This document shows, in pieces, positions 10,301 through 18,456 of a DNA stretch of 36,705 bases. The notes under the pieces are model-generated. The model ran no database searches and was not told where the DNA came from. It was given only the letters and a program-made list of their open reading frames with translations. Source of the DNA: Desulfonatronovibrionaceae bacterium (GTDB taxonomy: Bacteria > Desulfobacterota > Desulfovibrionia > Desulfovibrionales > Desulfonatronovibrionaceae); NCBI GenBank assembly GCA_046539845.1, contig JBKHGE010000021.1, forward strand, positions 1-36,705, written 5' to 3'. Positions within the stretch are counted from its first letter, which is position 1. Each line of letters begins with the position of its first letter. Position numbers and translations under genes: made by a program.

Positions 10301-10538
10301 CGTGATTGCGGACCATGTCCAGGACGTTTTCTATCCTGTGCGCCAGCTCCTTTATATTGGTCAGCCCCAGAAAACCAGCTCCGCCCTTCATGGAATGCGC
10401 CGCCCGGAAGACCTTGTTCACCTGGTCGGGATCAAAATCGTCCCCGGCCTGCTCCACATCCAGGAGATTAGTCTCTATATCCCCCAAATGCTCCCGGGCT
10501 TCTTCCACATACATGTGCAGGGTTTCGTCATCCATCAT
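7362..10538 (-). CDS. cheA: Hybrid chemotaxis histidine kinase CheA (HPt, linker, dimerisation, HATPase, CheW, CheW, REC)
   Basis: FRAAHSMKG (HPt His), HLVRNSADHG, DDGRG, SGRGVGMDVV, two CheW-like segments, C-terminal REC (VEDS, TDLEMP). Confidence 0.95.
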   Translation of the reverse strand: MMDDETLHMYVEEAREHLGDIETNLLDVEQAGDDFDPDQVNKVFRAAHSMKGGAGFLGLTNIKELAHRIENVLDMVRNHELTPTPDVVNIVLLAFDRLSELVDNVSESNEMDISEHVRALTSVTSNNLPGKEKESVVREVDIRDRKERSIFTISELDYNQATKGGSYLYLLEFDLIHDVQRKDKKPLELIKELQSTGNIVEIKTDLEAVGSLDDEQMVNVLPMFVLFSTIIEPDIITTFLDMDPERVLPVQDKSSPAQAADAEPDGPEQEAGQETEQEAGQKTVEESDQEGLARAAPEEKPEKEPAGEAQEKTEPKAEQKKEQKGVEKGAAAAQSDSLRVQVSLLENLMNLAGELVLSRNQLMQSVSVEDQRAVQSSAQRIDLVTSELQEAIMLTRMQPVGNVFNKFPRVVRDISREMGKEIDLKMEGKEVELDKTILEGLSDPLTHLVRNSADHGIESPEDREAAGKKRTGRITLKAYHAAGQVNIAIIDDGRGMDADKIAAKAVEKGLVSEEEVKTLSESDKLQMIFMPGLSTAEQVSDVSGRGVGMDVVKSNLDKLGGQVEIDTELGRGTSILIKLPLTLAIIPSLLVSVGEDRFAVPQVNVVELIQIPAEKVAEKVEKVGDAEVLVLRGELIPLMELKSVLGVQGSSGAGACAEQGENSAPEQADQPQTGEKEKGQKQCPESGISLDRGRDLSIVIVSAGSFKYGLVVDTLHDTVEIVVKPLGRHLKSCEGYAGATIMGDGKVALILDIVGLARLAKLSSVAGLEKEEESEEEEKARREEVYSLFLFNNAPKENCAVPLSLVSRVEMIQADQIEEVGGKKVIQYRGGSLPVFALEEVADVGHLELQGEMVVIVFVMVDREVGLLASPPVDAVEVGVHIDDFTLKQTGIAGSMIVNKKTTLMVDIFEFMETLNPHWFQGRGTEAEAGSVPDGAADRVLLVEDSDFFRGQVQKFIEEAGYPVMTAADGNEAWDYLQKNPDQVRIVVTDLEMPVMDGFELTEHIRADERFSRLPVLALTSLAGEEDVARGEEVGIDDYQIKLDKKKLLQSIYDFVNS
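9690..9737. repeat. 24-bp tandem duplication in the CheA linker
   Basis: ggtcttttgcccggcctcttgctc followed by ggtctcttgcccggcctcttgctc (one mismatch); encodes EQEAGQET/EQEAGQKT. Confidence 0.9.
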
Positions 10539-10615
10539 AATCGCAATCCTTAAACGGCAATAGATTGTCTATGAACCGGGACATCCAGCGAAATGGTCCC
10601 GGAGACCCCCGGGCT

Positions 10616-10912
10616 TCAGCCTTCTCCCGCGGACTGGATGCTGAAATGCTGATCCAGGCGCATAGTGGTAAAAAGCTCAAGTATTTCCTTGTCCACGTTT
10701 ATCACCTTGAATTCCACCTGCTTATTGCGGCAGGAATTATACGCGGCGATCAGCACCCCGATGCCCATGGAATCGACGTACCTGGTCTCTTGCATGTCCA
10801 GAACCAGACCCGGTGGCTCCTGGTCCAGAGCCTCCTTCAATCGGGATCGGAGGTCCTCTGCGGTGGTGGAGACGATATTTTCCGGCATCTTAAAAACTGC
10901 TTCCTCGGTCAT
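10616..10912 (-). CDS. STAS-domain anti-anti-sigma factor (RsbV/SpoIIAA-like)
   Basis: LVLDMQETRYVDSMGIGVL with the phosphorylatable Ser; start at ATG 10912 behind a GGGAG RBS. Confidence 0.9.
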   Translation of the reverse strand: MTEEAVFKMPENIVSTTAEDLRSRLKEALDQEPPGLVLDMQETRYVDSMGIGVLIAAYNSCRNKQVEFKVINVDKEILELFTTMRLDQHFSIQSAGEG

Positions 10913-11460
10913 CTGTTGCTCCCTAATAGCCTTTCCAGGGCTCACCCCCCCCCGTATCCGGCCGGGTTGCCGGGCCAAAAGCAAAATAAAGCCACCCGGG
11001 CAGGAGTTCATATTTTTACCCAAACTACCTGCGCGTGCCTTGAATATCAAGCACAAATCCGGACCGCCGAGGTGACAAAATCCCGGCTTACCCAACTGAA
11101 TTAAAATTTGCCAAAACACATGGATTTAGATACTGTATGAGCCATAAAGTCAGGGGGAATTAGCCGCGTTTGCAGGGCATAAAGGCCGTACGCATGTCCT
11201 GGGCAAGGAACCGGGCAACAGACCTCGACCGCCACCCCGGATATAGCCCGGGACGTGAGCAGTATAAGCGAGAGCTCCAAACAGATAAACGTATCCAGCC
11301 GCAGGGTGGGCACAGCCTCTAAGGGCCTGTCCTCCATCTCCGCGGGACTCAAAAGGCTGGTGAAAAGATTTAAGCTCGGTTAGCAAAGCGATCCGGGGAA
11401 ATGGTTTGCCCCGGCCGGACAGAGTGCATCTTTCGAACCCAAAAACGGGGTTTTTCAACT

Positions 11461-14094
11461 ATGCTCGCAGGTACACTTTCCGGCACATCCAGAAAGGAAA
11501 AAGTCCTGGTCGTGGATGATGAACAGCACAACCGGCTGCTTTTGGTCAATCTGCTCAAGAGCCGGGCTGAAGTGGAGGAGGCCAAAAGCGGGGCCGAGTG
11601 CCTGGAAAAGGCGGATGCGGACTTCGACCTCATCCTTTTGGACATAATGATGCCTGATATGGACGGGATCGAGGTCTGCTCCCGGCTGAAAGAAAATCCC
11701 CAAACCAAGGATATCTCGGTCATTTTCCTCTCCGCGCTGCAGGATAGCGCCACTAAGGCCCGGGGGATCAAGGCCGGAGGAGTGGATTTTGTGAGCAAGC
11801 CGTTCGACAAAAGCGAGCTCACGGCCCGGATAGACACCCATCTCACCCTGCGCCGTCGGACCCTGGCCCTTGAGGACTACTCCAAAAGACTGGAGGAAAA
11901 GGTGGCCGAGCGTACCCAGGCCCTGGACCGCCACCTGCAATGCGAAAAAGTGGCCAACTCCGTCCTCAAGCTGACCCTTAAAGAGGGCCACTCCCTGACC
12001 TCGGCCCTGCAGGCCGCGCTCAAGGAATTCATGGACCTTTCCTGGCTCAAGTGCCAAAAGCAGGGCATGCTCTTCTTGGTCCGGCCGGACGGGGAGACCA
12101 TGCACCGGGTGGCCGAGGAAAACCTGCCCCCGGAGATAGAGACATCCTGCCGGGAGATCAAAAAGGGGGAGTGCTTATGCGGCCGGGTGTGGTCCGAAGG
12201 CAAACCCGTGTTCCTCCCTGATCTTACCCGGGAGTCCATATCCGTGCCTCCCATCCGGTCCGGATATCTGTCCCTGCCCCTGAAGACAGAGGATGAGGTT
12301 TTAGGGGTTATCAGTTTGTACACCTGCCTGGACACATATCTCTCCGAGGAGGATATTGAGAGTCTGCAGGCGGCTGCCGATGCCCTGGCCACCCTGGTCA
12401 TCCGGCTCAGAAAACAGGATGAGCTGGACAGGACCGAGGCCAAATACCAGACCATATTCGAGACCACGCGCAACGCCACCGCGCTCATTGACGAAGACAC
12501 CGGGGTCATAACCACGGCCAACTCCCAATTCGCCGCCCTGGTCAAAAAGGACCGAGAGGAGATCGAGGGCCGGATGCACTATCTGGAGTTCGTCCATCCC
12601 GAGGACCAAAAGACCCTGGAGTATTATTTCCGGGAAAGGGGCCGGGATGAATCCATCCCCACTGAATACGAATTCGCCTTTGTCACCAGCAGCGGGGAAA
12701 AAAGGCACGTCATCTCCAACGCCGGTCGCATCCCGGAGATGAAAAGCCGGGTGGTCTCCTTTCTGGACATCACGGAAAAAAAACAAATCGAAAACGAACT
12801 GCAGAAAAAGACCTTTTACCACAGTATAACCCAGCTGCCAAACAGGTCTTTGTTTAAAAACCGGCTGAAAAAGATCCTCAAATCCAGGGAGGCAGAGAAC
12901 GGCAACAGCGGATTTGCAGTCTTCCTCCTCGATCTGGACCGCTTTAAGCTGATAAACGAGAGCCTGGGCAGGAAGGCCGGGAACGAACTGCTCAAAAAGG
13001 TCGGCTCGCGGCTGGAGGACATCCTCTCCCCCAGGGAGACTGTGGGCCATTTCCATGCCGACGAGTTCGGACTTTTAGTCCAGATCGAAGACGTGGCCGA
13101 GGCTGCCCTGTTTGCGGAAAAGATCAGGCACAAATTCACCCACCCGTTCACGATCGAAGGCCAGGAGCTGTTTATCTCCGTCAGCATGGGCTTTACCCTC
13201 TTGGATGAATACACCAGTGCCGAGGCCATGATCCGGGATGCGGAGATCGCCCTGAACCGGGCCAAGGACCGGGGAGCCAACTCCTATATGATGGCCGATC
13301 AATTCATGAACCAGGAGGTAATGGAGATCCTGGAGCTGGAAAACCATCTGCGCAAAGCGGAGCAGAACAATGAGCTCAGGCTGTTTTATCAGCCCATGAT
13401 GGACTTAAGGACCGAGGCCTGCCTGGGATTCGAGGCCCTGATCCGCTGGCAGCGGGAGACCGGTATTGTCCCCCCGGACAAATTCATTCCCCTGGCCGAG
13501 GAAACCGAACTGATAATCCCCATCGGCCGCTGGGTGTTCAACCAGGCGTGCAGGGATCTGATCCGGCTGCAGCAGGATTTTGCCCGCCCCCTGGGCATGC
13601 ATATCAACCTGTCCGGCATCCAGCTCAAAAACAAGAACTTTTTGCCCACCCTGGAACAGATCCTCAACAGGACCGGGGCAGACCCGGATCAAATCGTGCT
13701 CGAGCTGACTGAGAGCGTTATCATGGCCAACGCCCAGGAGGCCATCTCTATTTTGCAACGCTTGAGTTCCATGCGCTTCCGGCTGGCTATCGACGACTTC
13801 GGGACCGGATACTCCTCTTTGAGTTACCTGCAGAAGTTCCCCATGGACACGATCAAAATAGACCGCTCATTTATTAACAACCTGCACGACCAGGCCGGCT
13901 ACAATCTGGTCAAGACAATTGTCGATCTGGCCCGGAACCTGGGTTTACAAACCGTTGCCGAAGGCATAGAAACCCGCGAGCAGCTGGGGATTTTGCGCGA
14001 CATGGGCTGTGTATTTGCCCAGGGCTATTATTTCGCCCGCCCCATGCCGCTGGACGAGGCCCTGGAATTTCTGGGACGGGAACAAACGGAGTGA
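11461..14094 (+). CDS. REC-GAF-PAS-GGDEF(degenerate)-EAL protein, probable c-di-GMP phosphodiesterase
   Basis: REC LDIMMP; GAF CLCGRV; PAS FVHPED; GGDEF site reads HADEF; EAL motifs FEALIRW, ELTES, DDFGTGYSSL, KIDRSF, AEGIE, QGYY. Start (11401 or 11461) uncertain. Confidence 0.92.
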   Translation: MLAGTLSGTSRKEKVLVVDDEQHNRLLLVNLLKSRAEVEEAKSGAECLEKADADFDLILLDIMMPDMDGIEVCSRLKENPQTKDISVIFLSALQDSATKARGIKAGGVDFVSKPFDKSELTARIDTHLTLRRRTLALEDYSKRLEEKVAERTQALDRHLQCEKVANSVLKLTLKEGHSLTSALQAALKEFMDLSWLKCQKQGMLFLVRPDGETMHRVAEENLPPEIETSCREIKKGECLCGRVWSEGKPVFLPDLTRESISVPPIRSGYLSLPLKTEDEVLGVISLYTCLDTYLSEEDIESLQAAADALATLVIRLRKQDELDRTEAKYQTIFETTRNATALIDEDTGVITTANSQFAALVKKDREEIEGRMHYLEFVHPEDQKTLEYYFRERGRDESIPTEYEFAFVTSSGEKRHVISNAGRIPEMKSRVVSFLDITEKKQIENELQKKTFYHSITQLPNRSLFKNRLKKILKSREAENGNSGFAVFLLDLDRFKLINESLGRKAGNELLKKVGSRLEDILSPRETVGHFHADEFGLLVQIEDVAEAALFAEKIRHKFTHPFTIEGQELFISVSMGFTLLDEYTSAEAMIRDAEIALNRAKDRGANSYMMADQFMNQEVMEILELENHLRKAEQNNELRLFYQPMMDLRTEACLGFEALIRWQRETGIVPPDKFIPLAEETELIIPIGRWVFNQACRDLIRLQQDFARPLGMHINLSGIQLKNKNFLPTLEQILNRTGADPDQIVLELTESVIMANAQEAISILQRLSSMRFRLAIDDFGTGYSSLSYLQKFPMDTIKIDRSFINNLHDQAGYNLVKTIVDLARNLGLQTVAEGIETREQLGILRDMGCVFAQGYYFARPMPLDEALEFLGREQTE

Positions 14095-14099
14095 GATAA

Positions 14100-14909
14100 A
14101 TGAGCCGAGCAAAAGTCCTGGTCATCACCGGATACGGGACCAACTGCGAGAGAGAGACCGCACATGCGGCAAGAGAGGCGGGAGCGGACCGGGTGGACAT
14201 CCGCTTTTTTTCCGACCTGGTCTCGGAAAAGGCCTTTGTTTTGGACTATAATCTCCTTATCTTCCCCGGGGGGTTTTTGGACGGAGACGAGCTGGGCGCG
14301 GCCCAGGCCGCCTCCCTGAGATGGCGCTACAGCCGGACAAAAAGCGGGCGGCTTATCTTCGACGACCTGAAAGAATTTGTGGACCGGGGCAACCTCATCC
14401 TGGGCATCTGCAACGGATTCCAGCTCATGGTCAAGCTGGGCCTTCTGCCCTCCTGTGGCGGGAAGAGGTTCGAGCGCCAGGTGAGCCTCAGCTACAACGA
14501 CTCCGCCCGCTTCGAGGACCGCTGGGTGCATTTGGCAATCAATCCGGACTCCCCGTGCGTGTTTACCAAGGGAATAGAGCGCATGTACCTCCCCATCCGG
14601 CACGGGGAAGGCAAACTCGCGCTCCGGGATCCGGAGCTGCTCGGCCAGATAAGCCGGGAAAACCTGATCGCCATGCAGTATATAGACCCGGAAAGCGGCG
14701 AGCCCACTCAAAACTATCCGGCCAATCCCAACGGATCACCCCTGGGCATTGCCGGGCTTACCGCCCCCGGAGGCCGGCTCTTCGGACTCATGCCCCACCC
14801 GGAGGCCTATAATCACCGCACCAACCACCCGGGCTGGACCCGGGGAGAGTCCGCCATCCACGGCACAGAGCTGCTTGCCGGGGGCGTTCGCTATCTACAG
14901 AGCAATTAG
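14100..14909 (+). CDS. purQ: Phosphoribosylformylglycinamidine synthase glutaminase subunit PurQ
   Basis: GYGTNCE, PGGFLDGD, LGICNGFQ (Cys), HGEGK, NPNGS, MPHPE (His, Glu). Confidence 0.93.
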   Translation: MSRAKVLVITGYGTNCERETAHAAREAGADRVDIRFFSDLVSEKAFVLDYNLLIFPGGFLDGDELGAAQAASLRWRYSRTKSGRLIFDDLKEFVDRGNLILGICNGFQLMVKLGLLPSCGGKRFERQVSLSYNDSARFEDRWVHLAINPDSPCVFTKGIERMYLPIRHGEGKLALRDPELLGQISRENLIAMQYIDPESGEPTQNYPANPNGSPLGIAGLTAPGGRLFGLMPHPEAYNHRTNHPGWTRGESAIHGTELLAGGVRYLQSN

Positions 14910-14917
14910 GGTCCGCC

Positions 14918-15466
14918 TTGCAGGACAGAAAAAGAAACAGCAGAGACCTGTTCACCTACAGACCCCGGGAAGAGGATGAAATCCGTATTCCCGCCGGATG
15001 GGATTCCTGGCGGGAGATAATGGCCTTTCTTCTGCAGTCCGCGGGCCGGACCGGGAAAAGCGGGGAAGTGCCGATAAGCGCGGCTGTCCTGGACTTGAAA
15101 GGCGGAAAAATCTTGGGACAAGGGGCCAACTCAACCATTACCCGAAACGATCCCGCCGGGCATGCGGAAATAAACGCGCTCCGCCGGGCGGCCGCGGCCC
15201 GGGGTAACCACCGTCTGCCGGGAACCGTTCTGGCCGTAACCCTGGAGCCGTGCCTTATGTGCCTGGGGGCCATGGTCCAGGCCCGGATAGACGGGCTGGT
15301 CTTCGCCGCCTTTGACCCCAAAGCCGGGGCGATTATCTCTTGCCTTGACTACCCGGGCATGGATTGGCTAAACAGTCGCTTCTGGGTACATGGAGGCGTA
15401 CTTTCTCAGCCAAGCGCCGCCCTATTGCAAAGCTTTTTCCGGCGCCGCAGAAACGCGGAGAGGTAG
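14918..15466 (+). CDS. tadA: tRNA adenosine(34) deaminase TadA
   Basis: GEVP, DPAGHAE, TLEPCLMC zinc-deaminase motifs, DPKAGA, LLQSFFRRRR tail. TTG start uncertain. Confidence 0.85.
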   Translation: MQDRKRNSRDLFTYRPREEDEIRIPAGWDSWREIMAFLLQSAGRTGKSGEVPISAAVLDLKGGKILGQGANSTITRNDPAGHAEINALRRAAAARGNHRLPGTVLAVTLEPCLMCLGAMVQARIDGLVFAAFDPKAGAIISCLDYPGMDWLNSRFWVHGGVLSQPSAALLQSFFRRRRNAER

Positions 15467-15551
15467 CGAAGTCCGGCCGTAACGCGCCCGACTCGAAATC
15501 GGGTTGTCCCTTAACCGGGGCACGTGGGTTCGAATCCCACCCTCTCCGCCA
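15457..15551 (+). tRNA. tRNA-Ser(CGA)
   Basis: Acceptor stem GGAGAGG/CCTCTCC, discriminator G, encoded CCA; anticodon arm CCCGA-CTCGAAA-TCGGG; long variable arm; T-arm GTGGG-TTCGAAT-CCCAC. Confidence 0.97.
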
Positions 15552-15844
15552 TTTAACTGCCCAAAATAATTGGATAAATACAAAGTCCAACTGACTCCTT
15601 TTCAAAGACAGCCCCTATCCGGGCACAAAAACCGCAACTCCCTTCCCCTTATCCAGCCCCCTCCAGCGGCGTGCAAAGTTGAAGACTGCAAGCTGTACAA
15701 AAAATCCATACCCTCCGCATCCAATCCATAAAAACTTCTGGAATTAGCTCTCAAAATAAGATATCTTTAATATACTATACAATTGAATCAGTAGGCCCGG
15801 ACTCCCCGTGGGCAAGGACCGCCAATCTAAAACAGGATTTTAAT

Positions 15845-17320
15845 ATGCCCAAGCTGCTTTTGCTTCTCGCGCTCCTTGCCGCTGGATGCTCCGCTGCAGG
15901 CCCGGACTATACCCGCCCGGAAATCGACCTCCCCGGAGAATGGAGCCAGACCAGAGACCCGGCCCTGACCCCGAACAAAGAAGAAATCCGCAATTGGTGG
16001 AGGGTGTTTCGCGATCCGGTCTTAAACCGGCTCATCCAAGACGCCGCCGGGCAGAACCTGGATCTGCGCTCTGCCGTGGCCAGGGTAGACGAGGCCCGGG
16101 CCAAGCTCAAGGAGGCCCGGGGCGGCTACTGGCCCTCCATCGATACAAGCGGGGCTGCGGCCAGACAAGAGAGCCGGGGTACAGAACTCCAGCCCCAAGG
16201 CACCCTGGACACCTATTACACTGCTGGCATGGAGGCCGGCTGGGAGCTGGATCTCTTCGGCCGTATCCGGCGCTCTGTACAGGCCTCGAGCGCTGATTTC
16301 CAGGCCAGCCAAGAAGAGCGCACAGACATCATGATCTCGGTATACGCGGAAGTGGCCCGGACATACATAAATATCCGCACTCTGCAGTCCCGCCTGGACA
16401 CCACCCGGAAAAATATCACCTCGCAAAAGGAGATCCTGGGGCTGACCAGAGCCCGCTTCAAACACGGCCTGGCCAGTGACCTGGACGTGGCCCGGGCCGA
16501 GCAGGTCCTGGCCAATACCCGGGCCCAGATCCCCCCGCTTCGCACCGAGCTAACAGAGAGCAAAAACAGTCTGGCCATACTCCTGGGCCTGCCCCCGGGG
16601 GAACTCGAAGAGACACTCGGAGAATCCGGAAAGATCCCGGTCCCCCCCGAACGCACTGCCTACGGAGTACCCGCTGACCTCTTGCGCAGGAGACCGGATA
16701 TCCGCAGTGCCGAGCGCAGCCTGGCCGCCCAGACCGCGCGCATAGGCGTGGCCGAGGCGGAGCTGTATCCGGCCTTCTCCCTTACCGGCTCCCTGGACTA
16801 CATGCACACCGGGCTGAACGACATGTTCATACCCGCCCACCGCGCCTTCAGTTTCGGACCCTCCGTGCGCTGGAACCTGTTCAACGGGGGCAGGATCCGG
16901 GCCCAGATCGAAGTGGAGGACGCCCGCACCGAGCAGGCCCTGGCCGCGTATGAAAAGACCGTGCTAACCGCCTTGAGCGAGGTGGAAAACGCAGCCACCG
17001 GATACTGGCAGCAAAAAGACCAGCTCGCAGCACTTCGGGATGCGGTACAGGCCTGCAAAAGATCTTTGCACCTGGCCGAGAGGCTATACAAGGACGGGCT
17101 CTCCGACTTTCAGAATGTGCTTGACGCCCAGCGGGAACTGTTCTCGGCCGAGGACCGCCTGGATGCAGGCCGGGGCAGCGCGGCCATGTACATGGTGGAT
17201 CTGTACCGGGCCCTGGGCGGGGGGTGGAATCCGCAGGCCGGAAAATCCGACATGCATCCGGGGCCCGCCAAGGACAATGACCACCCGGAAAAAAGCCCGA
17301 ACAAAGGAGACCAGGGATGA
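15845..17320 (+). CDS. RND efflux outer membrane factor lipoprotein (NodT/OprM-like)
   Basis: Lipobox LAAGC; WELDLFGRIRR, LLRRRPDIRSAER, LYRALGGGW. Confidence 0.93.
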   Translation: MPKLLLLLALLAAGCSAAGPDYTRPEIDLPGEWSQTRDPALTPNKEEIRNWWRVFRDPVLNRLIQDAAGQNLDLRSAVARVDEARAKLKEARGGYWPSIDTSGAAARQESRGTELQPQGTLDTYYTAGMEAGWELDLFGRIRRSVQASSADFQASQEERTDIMISVYAEVARTYINIRTLQSRLDTTRKNITSQKEILGLTRARFKHGLASDLDVARAEQVLANTRAQIPPLRTELTESKNSLAILLGLPPGELEETLGESGKIPVPPERTAYGVPADLLRRRPDIRSAERSLAAQTARIGVAEAELYPAFSLTGSLDYMHTGLNDMFIPAHRAFSFGPSVRWNLFNGGRIRAQIEVEDARTEQALAAYEKTVLTALSEVENAATGYWQQKDQLAALRDAVQACKRSLHLAERLYKDGLSDFQNVLDAQRELFSAEDRLDAGRGSAAMYMVDLYRALGGGWNPQAGKSDMHPGPAKDNDHPEKSPNKGDQG

Positions 17321-18453
17321 AAAAAATCCTTCTCTTTCCGATACTGTGCCTGCTGCTTGCCGCCTGCTCCGGGGAACAGAACACCTACCAGGACCCCCCG
17401 CCGCCGAAAGTGACCGTGGACAGCCCGGTGCTCAAGGACATAACCGAATACTCCCATTTCACCGGAACCACCTCCCCGTTCCGGTCGGTGGACCTCAAGG
17501 CCCAGGTAAGCGGATATCTTGAAGAGGTAAATTTCAAATCCGGGGAACGAGTAAAAAAGGGTGATCTTCTATTCGTTATCGATCCGGCACCGTATCAGGC
17601 AAAGCTGGATCAGGCCCGGGCGGATCAAAAAGTGAAAAAGGCGGAACTCAAACTGGCCGAAACCTCCTTGAGCCGTAAAGAGGCCGCGTACAAGGACCGG
17701 GCGATAAGCGAAGTGGAAGTGATCGAGGCCCGGGCCAAAAGGGACAAGGCAGCGGCCTCGGTCCAGGCCGCTGAGTCTATTGTCAAGGAGGCCCGCATCA
17801 ATCTGGACTACACGCATATCCACGCCCCCTTTTCCGGCCGGATGACCCGCAACCTGACAGACGAAGGCAATCTTGTAGACCCGGCCACCCTTTTGGCCAC
17901 CCTGGTGGATGATGACCCGGTCTATGCCTACTTTGAGATGAGCGAAAAAGATCTTTTGCAATTTATGGACGCAGCCAGAAGCCAAAACGCCTCTATAGCC
18001 GACGCCGAGACCGGACACCCGGTGGAACTGTCCCTGGTTAATGAACAAGGTTTCCCCCACCAGGGGCATATAGACTACACCGACCCCGAAGTGGATTCCT
18101 CCACCGGGACCATCCAGCTGCGCGGGGTGTTTGCAAATAATGATTACGACCTGGTCCCCGGCCTGTTCGTCAAGCTGCGCCTGGCTGTAGGCCGGAGCAA
18201 AGATGCCGTTCTGGTCCCGGATTCGGCCCTCGGGGCGGATCAGCGCGGCAGTTACGTTTTGAGCGTGGATAAAGAGGACCAGGTGCAGTACAATTCAGTG
18301 CACACCGGCCCCCGGATCCAGGGGCTGCGGGTGATCAGATCCGGGCTAAAGCCGCACTCCCGGGTGGTGGTCAAAGGACTACAGCAGGCCAGACCGGGAG
18401 CCAAGGTCTCCCCGGTCGCGGCGGACAACGCCAACTCCACCTCTGGAGACTAA
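17317..18453 (+). CDS. RND efflux periplasmic adaptor (membrane fusion protein)
   Basis: Lipobox LAAC; VSGYL, GDLLFVIDP, IHAPFSGR, TGTIQLRG; ATGA overlap with the upstream gene. Confidence 0.93.
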   Translation: MKKILLFPILCLLLAACSGEQNTYQDPPPPKVTVDSPVLKDITEYSHFTGTTSPFRSVDLKAQVSGYLEEVNFKSGERVKKGDLLFVIDPAPYQAKLDQARADQKVKKAELKLAETSLSRKEAAYKDRAISEVEVIEARAKRDKAAASVQAAESIVKEARINLDYTHIHAPFSGRMTRNLTDEGNLVDPATLLATLVDDDPVYAYFEMSEKDLLQFMDAARSQNASIADAETGHPVELSLVNEQGFPHQGHIDYTDPEVDSSTGTIQLRGVFANNDYDLVPGLFVKLRLAVGRSKDAVLVPDSALGADQRGSYVLSVDKEDQVQYNSVHTGPRIQGLRVIRSGLKPHSRVVVKGLQQARPGAKVSPVAADNANSTSGD

Positions 18454-18456
18454 AAA

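Noticed and set aside
10980..10994. Minus-strand TGGCTTTATTTTGCT as a sigma54 promoter for the STAS-che cluster
   Set aside because: GG-to-GC spacing is 9 nt, not the required 10.
11380..11412. Minus-strand GGGCAAACCATT resembling the start of a c-di-GMP-I riboswitch upstream of the che cluster
   Set aside because: No GNRA-capped P2 stem and no following GACGCAAAGC; only the first motif matches.
11101..11458. Short minus-strand ORFs between the STAS gene and the EAL gene
   Set aside because: No recognisable domain or convincing RBS; probably regulatory DNA.
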